Shown here in pieces: positions 31,901 through 45,288 of a stretch of DNA of 64,000 bases (its first letter is position 1; each line of letters opens with the position of its first letter). A program made the position numbers and the translations under genes. Source of the stretch: Dimorphilus gyrociliatus (taxonomy: Eukaryota > Animalia > Annelida). The stretch is taken from the NCBI GenBank assembly GCA_904063045.1, contig CAJFCJ010000025.1, positions 124,001 through 188,000 of the forward strand, given 5' to 3'. The notes below the pieces were generated by a model that searched no databases, had not been told where the DNA came from, and was given only the letters and a program-made list of their open reading frames with translations.

Positions 31901-34900
31901 ATTTGTAAAACCTTGGAAAAAACTCCTGAATATAATATAAAATCTTTTGACATATCGTTCAAAGGTATTGAAGAAGTTATTAAAGAGCGTAAAGAATCTT
32001 TAAGTGAATATAGGGGTTCATTGTCCTTAGAGCGTTTCCAATTGAACAACAATTTTCAAAGTATTTTTATAGCGTTATAATTTTTTTAATACGAAATTAA
32101 ATATTCTATTAAATATGTCTAAATATACATTTTATTGAAGTCAGTTTATTGTTCATATTTACTCTGATAGGCGAAGAAAAATATCAGAAGAGTTTTCGAG
32201 TTATTAAAGGATTTATTCTTAAAGAATGGATAGAACTAAAACGTCATTTTTTATATTACCTGTTTTTGTTAATAACCTGTTATATACTATTACTGGCTCC
32301 TATTTTCGAAACTGACTTTATCAAAGAAAAAAACTTTAATGCGACTATTGATAAAACAATTAAATCTTTAAAATCAAATAGGATATTGATTGTACCTACC
32401 TACTTAAACAATAACTCTGTAATTCATCAATCTTCATTAGCGTTTGAACAATTTCAAAGTAAAAAGTTAAAAAAAGAAATAAGGAAAACGTTTCAAAAAG
32501 AACGCTTACCTACTTATTCATATGCATTTGTTTTTACAGAAAATACGCAAAATGGTATTAAAACTATATTATTTTCTTTACAAAACTTAAATTTACCTCT
32601 TATTTTTCTAACCTTTAAGGTTATTATAATACCTATCAACCTTACGCTTCCTCAGTTTGCCTTAATATTATAAATGAAGGCTATTTAAAGAATTTTTGCC
32701 CTAATTGTAGTCTAAGTACATTTATTTCGGAGGAAAAGCTTCTGCGGACGAACTACTATTACTTATCCTTTTCAATAACATTTGTTCTCTCATTTGGAAT
32801 TGTAATGATTACTACACGAGTTGTTAGTCAAAATCAAAAATCAATTAAACATATCCAGGTTGCTTTTTATGTTGATATTAATATATTGCATAATTAATAC
32901 TTTTGTTGTAGGTACTATCCTGTAGAAATCCAATTTTGTATTGGTTAAGTAATTTTATTAAGGACTTTGCTTACATTGCATTATTGAGTATTATTACAAC
33001 ATTTACATTGGCTTTTTCAAAAACCTTAGATGGAGATACATCAAAAACTTCGATCATATGGTCAAAATTAATAATTATTATGCTTACCTTTAGTTGCGCA
33101 GCTATTTTACATAGTTATGCTTGGAGTTTCACATTTAAAAAGTCATTAATCTATGCCTCTTTCTATTTCATAAGAATAATGTCTAATTTCTTGCTGTGCG
33201 CAATTGGGACGGCTTTATTAAAACCTGAAAAATATGATTCAATCAATCAACTATTTTTGTTATTAAGTCTTGAATTTTCATGCATATCTGCAATTATGGT
33301 AAACATAAATAGATAAAATATATATAAAACATGTAAGCAACACAAACTATGTTCTTTTTAGGAGTTATTCAATGAACAACAAATGCATTCACAAAATATG
33401 AATAAATTTGGTATTGGATATATTTTCTTATGGATTTCAATAATTATATCTATATCTTTAATATGTATATTTGAATTTTATGGTTCAAAAATTATAAGAA
33501 GATTTGTGAGATATTCGTATAAAATACCAATAAATACATCAAACAATATAAATAAAAATACGAATAAACATGAGAAAGAGTTATTAATTATAAATAATGT
33601 ATCTAAAATTTTTTATCCATCTACAAAGAAAATTCTAAATTGTATTAATATCAAAATAAAAAAGGGAGATTGCATTGGAATATTATGTAAACCTGGTGCT
33701 GGTGTGACAACACTTTTCAGAATGTTGACTGGTAAATACTGTATTACTCATGGTGACATTACTTTAGGTAATTTTAAAACTACTATTTATTCATGATTAG
33801 TACTCGTAATAAGATTTTATAATGTTAAATTAGGAAATTATAATATTACAAATGAAATTATCAAAGCTAGAGAATTAATTGGGTACTGTCCTCAAGGAAA
33901 CTGCCTATTTTCCTTTTTAACCGTTGAAGAGCATTTAACTATGTATTATACTTTAAGAGGTTTGTGCCACGACCATACGGTTACTGAAGTTAAGGGTATA
34001 CTTCACGGGCTTGGATTAGAGTTATTAAAAAAAGAAAGAATTGGCTATTTAAATGAGGAGGATAAAAGAAAAATATCCGTTGCTATATCAGTCATCGGAA
34101 AGCCAGCTCTCTTATTATTAGATGATCCATTTCAAAACATGTCCAATTTAAGTAAAAGAAAGGTTATGGAGTATCTTCGAGCACTTAGAAAATCTGGGAT
34201 GGCCATTCTTATGTCGACAAAAAGGTGAGTTTTCTAACATTATTTCTAATCAGTTTAGTAAAAATGACACGGATTTCTTTCGAAATCTTACAATAAAAGC
34301 TTTGAAGAGTATGAATTTTTATGTACAAAACTAGCAATACTAGTAAATGGTTCTTTCAAGATTATCGACTCAACTGAAGATGCTAAAAAAATGTTTGGGA
34401 AAGGATATCATATTGAGATTGATATGGCTAATAATGAGAATTTATCATCTCCCCCCTTAGACGTTAGAACCCACAGTCTTTTGACAGAGTTAAGGACAAT
34501 ATATCCACATTGTGTCTCTAGAGAGATAGGCAAAGGTTATATTCATTATCATATTGGAAATGATCCAATAAAATCCAAGCTTTTTTTAAATATGGATTCT
34601 TTTACGAAGCAATTTCATATTCATAAATATAAAATCTATAAATCCTCTTTTAAGAAAATCCTCCGAGGTTTGTTTTTACAAATTACTAGGTCTAATATAA
34701 AATTGTACTGTATAATAATATTCTACAAAAATAATGTCTTAGGTATAACTAAGGCTCAGCAGCATTACAAGACTTCTAAACCTAAAATATTTAATCTCAT
34801 AAAACATGTATTGAGTTATATTTTAAGCATTTATAAAAAAGAGACTAACTTTGATAATACATACCAATCATCTCCATATAATATCTCTTTTATAAAAGAC

Positions 34901-35074
34901 ACTAATTCTACATCAAGTGAATCAAATGGCGAAGAATTCTCCGAAGGGGAAAATTCTCAGAACTATAGCTCTACTAATCTCTATACGTTAAAAGATACTA
35001 TAACCTTTAATCATTCAGTAGACCCTTCTAATTATTACGAAACTACTCTACCTTTTCTCACTCATGATGTTTGA
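28908..35074 (+). CDS. Highly divergent ABCA-subfamily full transporter (TMD-NBD-TMD-NBD) with degenerate ATPase motifs, many exons
   Basis: N-terminal LFNKNGKHHLRQPYLYTLLQIFLPIIL resembles the ABCA LLWKN...ELLxP start. Both NBD scaffolds are recognisable (FQRLTVKENI, ILLEEPMKGLD; GYCPQ, LTVEEHL, KRKISVA, LLLDDP). Second-half LLKEWIELKR and YWLSNFIKD, and C-terminal FGKGY. Introns checked (30751-30823 and the one before 31462) are in frame. Confidence 0.85.
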
Positions 35075-35334
35075 AAGGAAAACAAAAACAACAATAAAAA
35101 AGGAATGTTTAGTTTTTTAAAATAGTAAAAAAAAACGTTCTATTCTTTTTTTGGATAGAGTATCATGTGATTCATAAATGGAATGTATCCTTTTGTAAAC
35201 TTTTTATAAATACCAACATATTTTAAGCTTTTTCTTCTTATTATTATGATTTGACAATAAATTACCAAAGTAATGTTGTTTGATTTTAGTGTCAAAAGGT
35301 GTAGAGTTCGATTGTATGACATTCGAACATATGA

Positions 35335-35347
35335 AGCGCCATCTAGC
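35335..35347. promoter_or_regulatory. CTCF-like motif AGCGCCATCTAGC between ABCA and R3HDM4
   Basis: Identical to 15243-15255. Confidence 0.4.
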
Positions 35348-35701
35348 GTTTGCGTAATATGTCTAGGTGTAGGATGTAGTATTTTTAAGTTTTTTATTTT
35401 TTTAACGTTATACACGGAATACTATTCGATTGTAGAATTTCCAATATGTATCGTATATTGTATTATGCTAAATAAATACTGATACAAAGTAGTTTATATG
35501 TCTTATTCTAAGTAGATTACCAAAATGAAATTGTATTTATTATTTTTGGCGCTAGAGGAAGTGACGTTAATCCTTGACCGAGGTATTTCATCAGTGCTGT
35601 GCAAGTGATTCTCTTTAGAATTCCTGAACGCCAATCGCTTATTTTAAACAATAACTCTTCGTTTTTATCTCTGAGAGTAGAACTATCAATCTTGGCTGAA
35701 A

Positions 35702-37957
35702 ATGGGTACTACAGTTAATGAAACTAAAGACACAAATACAGAGATGAAAAGTAAACCAGATGACATCTTGTAAGTAGGTCGAATTATTTAAAATGTAATT
35801 TTATCCCATTTTACTGTTACTTTTCTCCGAAATTTTACGACACAAGCTCCTCTTTTGAATAATAAACAATAAATCCAAGCGTATTTGGGAATACAACTAT
35901 CGTTTTAGCATTTATGGTATATTGCAACCTGATTTTGCAATATCTTAACATTAGAATCGTAAACAAACAAATTCATATGTGTATTTAACTAATTAACAAA
36001 TTCGTTTATAAAATAGTGTTATGGAGGATAATGAAGTAAATTCTACTGAAATTGATGCTACACAAATCAAAAAAAAGTCAAAAGGGAAAAGGTATGTCCC
36101 ACAACGCCATCTTGAGCCATCAAGAAGACAGAAAGCTGGCGTTCGAAAAATGAGAAGAAATGAAAATAGTATGTTAAAAACAAAATAATAATACTTTAAA
36201 GCAAGTTCAATAGATATCATTTTCCCTTTTCACCTTTCCTAGCTAACTTTTTGCTTAATGGGGGTAGCAATGGCGAATTAGATTCAGACATAGATGTTAT
36301 GGACAACTTGATTGAGCCAGGCACATCACCATTGGACTGCCTAATGCTGGACAAAGATAAAATGCAGGTTACGATAAATGTCCTAAATAGTTACGAAAGA
36401 GATTTATTAAGTAGCTTTAGAAGACACCTAGTAAATACAAGTTACGTAACGAGATAGCTTTAGGATGATAATGAACAAGTGCTAAAGTTCCCAAAAAAAG
36501 AAGAATTAGAGATAATGTTTTTTCTTCTTAGAGTACTAAAACTATTTTATAAAATCAAGGATACGCGGCCTATACAAAGTATTCATTTTTCTATTGAATT
36601 CCATATACAGTATAGACAAATATGTGTAAAAATAGAAACATAAAGTTCACGCCTTTTTCAAACCAGGCAACTGTTCAACTATTGAATATGATACATTATT
36701 TTGCCCCTACAATAGGTAAATCATGAAAATATACTAGGATAAAAATGATTTGGTTAGATGTTGTTTCAAATAAATTTCATTAAAGCTTATTAAATTTCAA
36801 CATTTTTTTCTCACAGAAATATTAAAAAATTTGCAGTGTAGGCTTATTTACAGAAGTGCACCTCTGAAGAAAATTTTAGTATATCTTCAAGTGCTTCTTG
36901 TACATTAAACTCTTAGCCACGTCTGCAATTGGGGTCGGGAAGATGTGGATTCTTTAAAAAAAAAACTCTTCGAGTCTTGTTTTAAAACATGATTTTACAG
37001 GCATGGAACGATTTTATTAATTGTTCAGAGGAGGATCAACAACAATTCCTTGAAGAGAATTTTGAAAAGAGTTCAGACGACGCTGATTGGGAGTTTGTTG
37101 AATCTGAAGCCGATCAAAGAGAAGGTTATATATTTTAAAAGATAATTGAAAAATCTGTCCAACTCTCATATTATTTGTTATCAGTTCATCCTGCTTATAC
37201 TTCGGAAGAATGTTTTAATAGAATTGATAAGAGATTGAAAAATTTTTTGAGACGTCGTCATGTACCGCTCGGAAGATTGGATTATTTGGAGCGATACATA
37301 ATAGACTACTTTAAAATTTGTCCTATATCCGTTCTCGTTATGCAACTAGATAACGGATTCGAGAGAATGTTGTGCCACGCTTTGTGCCAGTATCACCTCC
37401 TACACTGCTACAGTAAGTTACTTGTAAACTTGCTTGTCTTGAAGGTAGATTTATGTAGTACTTGAACATAATCAGTGCGACATATGTAGACATAATATCT
37501 ACACTAGGCAAAAAAGTATTGATTAAATCTAAATTCCGATAAACAGTGTTTATCAAAAAAGGTCTAGAGTGAACAGCCTATGAAATTTTAAATTTAGATC
37601 TTGAAAGCATAGTCCTACTGAAAAGACCAGGACACTGACACTATTAAATTTCCAAATTTTGACCTTGATTTTGAAGAGAACCTGAATTGTTCTTGTTGTT
37701 CATAAAATTCTGTAAATAGACAATTGAGTGATGACACGTTGCAAACAATTGTACTTTTAATGAAATTTGAACGTATAAGTCATAATGGCAAATTTCCACT
37801 CCTTCTGTCTTATCAAATGATAAATATTCTTATTGTTTATTTTTTTTACACAGGTATGGATGATGATCGGGGTTGCAGAAATACGCATGTTGAAAACAAA
37901 CGAGAAAAGTTTATTGGAGCTCCGAGTTCTCTTTATGAATTTATTGTGTCAGCATAG
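35702..37957 (+). CDS. R3HDM4: R3H domain-containing protein 4, multi-exon
   Basis: GVRKMRRNEN, AWNDFINCSEEDQQQFL, HPAYTSEECFNRIDKRLK, and R3H-like DNGFERMLCHALCQY. Confidence 0.85.
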
Positions 37958-38515
37958 AAGACAAGAAAGAAAATAATATTGTTGAAGATGTTGTGAGCTT
38001 ATTGTCTTATTTTTCTGTTGTTTATTACTCATTTAATTAGGATTTTTCGTCTAGTTAGATTAATTTATATAATTATATTTATTGCTGAATTAAAAAGCAA
38101 ACAGGTTAAGCAATTAATTAATTATATTTTCTAACTGATGAATATATTAAAAATAAACAAATAGAAGAAATATTGAAATATATATAATAAAACTCATAAC
38201 TCATAGAACGCTCTACGCATAGCACGTAAACGGTAGCATTAAAAAACAAATAATTATTTTTTATGTAAAGTTTCAAGCCCAATAACTTTTTATTGTCCAA
38301 GCAAGTCCAAACACTCGAGCATTTGAGAGCTTATATTGAAAATTTTTTGAGAAATCCTATCTCTTCAAGATACTTTCTCTTTTAATGCAATATCAATTAT
38401 TTTCAGCTTGGTGATAACAAGCCAATTGTGATCCGTTACTTTCGCATCCCTATAATTTTTATGTATTATATTAGTTTTAATGATTATAATTTGAGAAAAA
38501 AAAACTTTTATTCAA

Positions 38516-40458
38516 TTAGCCTACCTGTTCGCTAAATTTGGTCCTCTGTCCGTATTTACTCCAAAACGTTACTTTTACTTTGTTTTGTCTTCCGCTTCTC
38601 TGGTCAAAAGTTTTGCACATTTCAAAAGCTGGAATGTACAAATGTAATGAAACACATGTATCGGAGTGAGATGGATTTTCCATTCGATGTAGGCCCATAG
38701 AATCTGAATTGGGAGATAATAAAATATATCAAGTATTACATAAGAAGGATAAAAAACACACAGACATACAGGCACAAAAAAACGTAATTAATGGTATTTC
38801 TATAAATACTATTATCAATAGGTTCTGATTGAATTATTGATGGTTCCAGTTTCCAGCCACCCTCTTAAACAACAACAAGTACTAACCATTTATGTAAGTA
38901 ACACCATCTTTTTCATAAGTAACAGAGCTTCTTTCAACCATTGGTTCACCTTCCTTCTCTGGCCAATTGTACATGGTTTCTTTTAAACATCCATCCAATA
39001 TTTTAACAAAACAGTGTGCATCACTATTGTAAGGGAAACGAAAAAGGCAAAATAGTTATTCATCTTTTTTTTTAAAAAAAAAATATATATATATATTTTA
39101 TAGTATTCAGTCAAAAGACCTAAATTATAACTCTTCTTCTTGAACATAAAAAAATATTAAGAGAGATAGATTGATAAAGAAGATATTGTTTATCAGTCAA
39201 AGTTAATTGAAGTTTTGTTTTTTCACTTTATCCATTATATGAGATTGCTAACCTTAGTTTTTTTTATTCGATATTTTCAAGATCAAAACGTGACGTGAGA
39301 GTTTTACTAGGCCTATATACCTTTCGTGTGCATAATATTCACAAGTCATAATTGTTATAGAATTTCGTTGTTGTTCGTGAATGCTCATTAATCTAGGAAA
39401 ATTGTATATAATATATATACTATATACTATACAATACTGTATGTATAAAAACCTCTATGGTAAAAATCAATAGAATGATTTATAAATGACAGATTGTGTT
39501 TATCTAACATATAAAAATGTAACTATTTATATGCATATATGTACATATTTAAACAATCTATCAATTCTACAATATCCTTATCTAATAAGGTTTTTTAGAA
39601 CTTTATATATATATATTTGTGGTACACACAGTCGTATAATCAACGAAAATCTTATCGATGTAATAAAAATATCAGAACATTTTAATAATATTTAATAGTT
39701 TTTTTTCGAATACTTTTGGTCAATAAGTAACACATTTTGATTACAAAAAAATGGACTTCTTGAAAAATATTGATCTACTTTTTTTTTAATAAAAACAAAA
39801 TGTTCTAAAAAGATAATTTTAAACTATTTTCATATACTTATTACTGTCTATGAGAATAATATTTGGCTCAGGCTCAATCAAGCAGCACCTTATTTCTTTA
39901 TACTTTTTACAATAGGAATAAAAATAGTACTAAATATATTTTATAAAGACGCATAGTACAACAATGTTGCAATAGATCCGCTTTAACCAAAGTAACATAA
40001 GTCGGTCAACAAATAGTAGACCTAGAGAAAGTGAAACAATAATCTATGACTGTTCAACCTACCTATGATCGTGAATGGACGAACCATGACCTTCTCCCCA
40101 GCATAGGGCAATTAGGTTAAATTTTCCATTACCTCCATCAATAAGATTTCTTGTATATCTTTTAAATAGAATTAAAAAACAATGAGTTATTGATCAGTTA
40201 GGGACAAATTTTTTAATCGAAGGTCAAAAATTCGGTAATTTCGTACCTGTGTTGATCAAACTTTGCGTATTTTTTCCAATCTTTAGGATTACTTTTATAT
40301 GATGCAAGAACAGCTTTGACATATTCGACATTCACAGTGTCTTCAGCAAAAACGTCGTAAAGTTTACGAATCATGTCGTCCAAAGTCGTGATTTCACCAA
40401 TTTCCTTTTCATCCCAGTATTTACTATCATAGTTATTAAAAGTTAAAACATTCTCCAT
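38516..40458 (-). CDS. CDO1: Cysteine dioxygenase type 1, 4 exons (a further 3' exon after CAG|gtaggc is possible)
   Basis: [14 protein letters not shown] (Arg60), [14 protein letters not shown] (His86/88), AHCF (Cys93), GLHRMEN (His140), SLHLY (Ser153/His155/Tyr157), TFWSKYG. Confidence 0.95.
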
Positions 40459-40651
40459 GTTTAAAAGTCTGTTAGAGATAAACAGTTCTTGAGCTGATGG
40501 CCGGTCTTCAGTACAATATCGAATGATCCACGAGGTTCATCTACGTATTTCCGCCTTTCGACCTTCACCTTGTTTACCAATCACTAGGGAAGTTGTGAGC
40601 AAGCGCTATTAAGCTTAGAATTCATAAAGCACAGAACTAATCATTACGAGA
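40459..40651. promoter_or_regulatory. Putative bidirectional promoter CDO1/FAM221A
   Basis: Head-to-head ATGs 193 bp apart. Confidence 0.55.
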
Positions 40652-42012
40652 ATGGAACCTAAATTCCCAGCGGAAATAATCAGAGTTGGTGCTGGAGCTC
40701 AACAACACGTTGATGCGTATCTGGAATATCACAGGTGGAATATATTAATCATTAACTAGTATTAACATAATTGCGCAATTTTCTTACAGAATTGTTAGAG
40801 ATGATGATGGCGGAACACCGTTTAGCGAAGCTGATTTTGAAAGATACAAGAGAAGAGTTGGTCCAATGGTATAATTAATTAATTAACTTAATAAATTCAT
40901 TAAGTTAAAGCATTGAGCACGTGATAATATTCTTTCATAGAGAATTAAAAATCGTATATACCTAAGTTGGGCAAATAGTAAAGGCATGGAATGTAAGCAA
41001 ATTGGACCAGAAACCAAATGCTTTTGCGGCCATCTGTATGTTCATTTACTATTAACACTATTCCAGATATAAGAAAATATTTTTAAAGAAAATGAATAAT
41101 CTCTCTACAGATATCATCAACATCAAGTTGATTTTAGAACTCTTCCCTCCGAAAGGCCTATTCAGCAGCCGTGTGAAATACGGGGTTGTGGATGTTTGAC
41201 CTACACTTATTGTCCAACTGCTATGGGAGGTTCCCACCCTAAATGCACTTGTAAGCATTCCGGAGAACAACATAGTACCAGAAAACCGTTTAAATGCAAG
41301 CAAGGTTTTAAAGATCATTTACCTTCTTTTACTTCAATACTGTATGTACCTTTTTTAATAGTAAGCTGCAAATGTTTCGGCTATAAATCAGCTTATAATT
41401 GTGGATGCGGCGAACCTATGTATAATCATTCTATGCAGTCTGAAAGTAAGGAGGAAAGAATCGCCAAAGGAAAACCTATTGGTCAAGAAGTGATATACAA
41501 AGCTATGGGTGGTTTAACTGGATTTTCCTCGCTTATGGATGGATACATGAGATATGATAATACGGGAATAGGAGCTCTTCCAGAAGAAGTACTCAATAGT
41601 CCAATTACAATGAATGATCATCCATTTTTGCGGGGAAATTTAGCTTCTGTTGTAGCTCATAGAAGGGCTAATAAAAGTTTGTATTCTCTTTTTATATTTT
41701 TCAGCTTAAAAATGTATATATAAGCTGTTTCTCCAGTCGAATGTTATTTTTGTCTGTAGTGCCTATTGATGAAAGGGAAATCAGAGAACTTGAATCTCAA
41801 CAACGTCGTCCAGGAGAAAGTGAATTGGACTACTACGAAAGACGCTATCAGGAACGGGTACGAACATAATTCATAATTGTACTAAAATAAAATTTAAACA
41901 AAATGTTTTACAGCAAAAACAATCGAAAATTTACAAAGGACCAAAGAAACCTGCTATATCAAATGAACGTTCAAATTTCTCAATAACTGGTTCTTCTGTA
42001 AAACGTCGCTGA
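40652..42012 (+). CDS. FAM221A: FAM221A (DUF4475) Cys/His-rich protein, multi-exon
   Basis: VDAYLEYHR|IVRDDDGG, IGPETKCFCGH, CTCKH...H, CGCGEP...H, ERIAKGKPIG, AMGGLTGFSSLMDGY, YYERRYQER. Confidence 0.88.
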
Positions 42013-42059
42013 TCTCGCTTTACAATGCTTGAAATATAACTCAAAATAAATTCCTAGCT

Positions 42060-44308
42060 TTAGTCATCAGCATTCCTTGAATTATAAGAAAATATTTTTA
42101 GGGTATTATCTGATGATCCACTAGCAATAGTTGTCTCAACATTCCAATCAACGCACAAAACTTTATCTTCGTGACCTTCCAAATTAAACAATTCTAGTTT
42201 TGGGCTGAAATTTAAAAGAAAATTATTGTAACTTTTATTCTACTATCCTTTATCTCATATCACTTAAGAATAGACTAATCTCTAACTATTCGAAAATAAA
42301 TAGTCAATAGATTAGTGTTTCGATACTTTGTAGTATTGTGTTTCATAACAACAATAAAAATTACCTACCTTCTCATGTCCCACATTTTTATCAAATTATC
42401 ATACGAGCCAGAAACAAAAAGATATTCATTATTCGAGCACCATGATATTGACGATACCCAACCAGTGTGAGAAGAATAAGAGTTTTGAACTTTAGTACCA
42501 TCTGCTTTCCATTAGAACACATTTAATTGTAAACATTACAAAGCAAAGCAGAAAATTACTTACCTTCTGCCCTTATATCATAAAGTCGTATATGTCTATC
42601 GGCAGATGCTGTTAATATTTGCCACTGATTAATTTTAGATATAGAAAAATCAAAAATGGCTTTCGTTGAGTTTAAATTTCTTTTTTCGGACGCTTTCTCA
42701 AGATCCCAAAACTTTAGCATATGATCCCATGAAGAAGTGATAATTTGGGAATCCTCGTTCCAAGTACAACGAGAAATGCCTTCCGCATGTCCTGCTAATG
42801 TCATCATTGGTAACTGGAATAAAAAAAATGTGTGCTAAAAATAAATTTGACCTCTGAGATTTAAGAAAAGCAAACCCTAGTTGGTAGTTTATTTTCTACT
42901 TTCTTTTTTTTTGAAGGCTCATCATCTTCGTCGTTTGTACTTTCGATTTCTTTAACTGCTGACCAAATTTTGAGCAAATTGTCCCACGAACCTGAACAAA
43001 ACTGTAAGAAAAATAAAATACTTGCAATTATCAAACACAAATACTCCTGTCAAAAAAGTAAATAATCTGTAAATGTAAAGCCTATATGTACAAAATATTG
43101 AAAATTATTAGTCATATATAATTCTACAGTTATGCAAATGCGTCAGTAGCAAAAAATTACTTTATCTCCAGTTGGGTTACTGTCAACAGTGTCTACGCTA
43201 GCAGCGTGTCCCTTACAAACGCCTAAACAAGCTAGGGTTTTATCTTCTATCCGCCATAGTAAAGCAGTCTCATCATGTGAACCACTAACAAACAATTTGT
43301 CGTTTATCCAACTTATACTCTTAACAGGAGCTATATGTCTCGAAGAGGAGAATAATCGTTTTTTTGTATCAATATCCCAAACATGGACTGAATTGTCGTA
43401 ACAACCGCTAACAATCCTGTTTTGAAAAAAATTTACAACTTATTTTTATCAAGTAATTAAAAATAAATAATACGTAACAGTTTAAAGATAAGATCAATTA
43501 AAATGTATATCTATTTAATTTATAATTTTTGCTTATAATTAGAAAAAAACATTCGGGTTTAAGTTGTTTTTTTATGGCTTCTAACGCGGTCTCGTTTCTA
43601 ATTATAGCTGGCCAGGTATTATTCATCTCGTCTTTAACATTAAGAACTTAATATTTTAATAATATTAATAATTACAAGTTATTTCGGCAATTAATACAGG
43701 ATACCCAATCATTATGTTGTAAACTATCCTCTGGAGATGGAGCAGCTGTACTTTCAATGTACTCGATTTCAATTACACCTTCCTAAAGTGGAATAAACAA
43801 AAGATATATATAGAATGGTTTAATTTATTTATACTTACACGAGAAAGACCTCGGGTTTGAATAACCGTGGCTAAATTTGATCGAAATATTTCTCCATTGA
43901 TTAAAAAATCAAAGTTGACGGAACTTTTAGCTTCTGATTTCACATAGAAAAAAGATGTATAAATATATCGTCAGTTACACAAAATGAAAACATTATTTTA
44001 GCTAATTAGCAAATTATTACCAAGTAAATTTCTAACTAATTCATTTAATTCGTCCTCTCCAAACTTATCAGGTAAGGAAACTGATGAATCTGGTACAGAA
44101 TATCTGCAATTATGGAATAAATTTGAAGGTACTATATTATCGTTCAAACCATTAGTAAATCTTAGTCTTATTTCACAAAAGTATGAAAAATTGCTAAGAT
44201 ATTATATTCAAAAAGTCAAAATCAGCTTAAATCCTTAGATTGAAAACAAATTACTCACTGTAGCTGCTTTGTAAACAGTTTTATTTCCACGTGACTATCG
44301 TCCGCCAT
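42060..44308 (-). CDS. WDR12: Ribosome biogenesis protein WDR12/Ytm1 (NLE/UBL domain + WD40), multi-exon
   Basis: N-terminal HVEIKLFTKQ, TLAGHAEGISRCTW...ITSSWDHMLKFWDLE, ASADRHIRLYDIR, SGSYDNLIKMWD, LEGHEDKVLCVDW. Confidence 0.9.
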
Positions 44309-44446
44309 TTCAGCTTCTTTGGATAAACTGGTAATGCATGAATTTGCTTTAAGGAAGCATTGACCTTGAACTTAGGAAAAGCAACGAGGATCGCCGATAC
44401 TATATACTGTATATACATCTAATTGACGATATATTTTCTTTAGAAT
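44309..44446. promoter_or_regulatory. Shared, possibly overlapping promoter/5'UTR region WDR12/MRPL13
   Basis: ATGs 138 bp apart. Putative MRPL13 5'UTR intron at 44331-44443. CACGTG E-box at 44288-44293. Confidence 0.55.
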
Positions 44447-45288
44447 ATGGCACATTACCGTGTCCAAGTAAGAACGCTTCGCTCTATCTTTAATTCTTTC
44501 AATCGTACTATTTTTAGAAATATTTGTAAACTTTTTTTAATTATCACTCACTTAACAGCAATGGTCAACCTTTGCTAGAACTTGGTGGCTATTTGACGCT
44601 AGATGGCAATGCCCTTGGATATCAGCCCGCACCATTATACCATATTTGCAAGGCACGAAAAAACCGATTTATCATCCATTAAGTTAGTATCCTTGGACAT
44701 AGTCCTATATCTACTACGAAAAGCATGTGCTTAATTTAGAACTTGTCCTTGTATTTAGATTTTCAGTGCAATAATTAAGCTGTTTTGCATTTTACTTTCT
44801 AGGTGATACAGGAGATCATGTAATTGTTATTAATACACGTTTAATTGCGATGAAGAACGAAAGATGGATAACTTTTAAGCATATACACGATTCAAGGTAG
44901 AGAAGTTAAATTTCTATGTGTAAATTTACCTTAGTACGTTTTTTCAAGGTATCGACCAAAGGGAGTCATTGAAAAACGTGCTTGGCAAATACACGCAGAA
45001 GAACCAACTAAAATTTTCGAAAAAGCTGTATATTATTCAATGGATAAAAATTTATTACGAAGAAACCTTATGGCAAGACTACATTTATTCCCGGATGAAA
45101 GTGTTCCAGAAGATTTATTAAAAAATGTTAGCGATTGCATCAGACAGCCTATGTTAGCACCAAAGAGATTGGATGAATATACAGAAGAAGATAGGCGAAA
45201 CTTTCCCAAACTGTTCGATTGGCCGAAGGATTTTGTTTTGGATGATGGTTTTAGGACAAAAAAACAAATTGAATTTCAAGAACCTTAA
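44447..45288 (+). CDS. MRPL13: Mitochondrial ribosomal protein uL13m, 4 coding exons
   Basis: RVQ|QWSTFARTWWLFDA, LQGTKKPIYHPL|SDTGDHVIVIN, MDKNLLRRNLMARLHLFPD, PKRLDEYTEEDRRNFPKLF. Confidence 0.92.

Noticed and set aside
44626-44640. GTATCCTT, a U12-type donor-like sequence in an MRPL13 intron
   Set aside because: The reading frame is explained by the ordinary gttagt donor 4 nt upstream.
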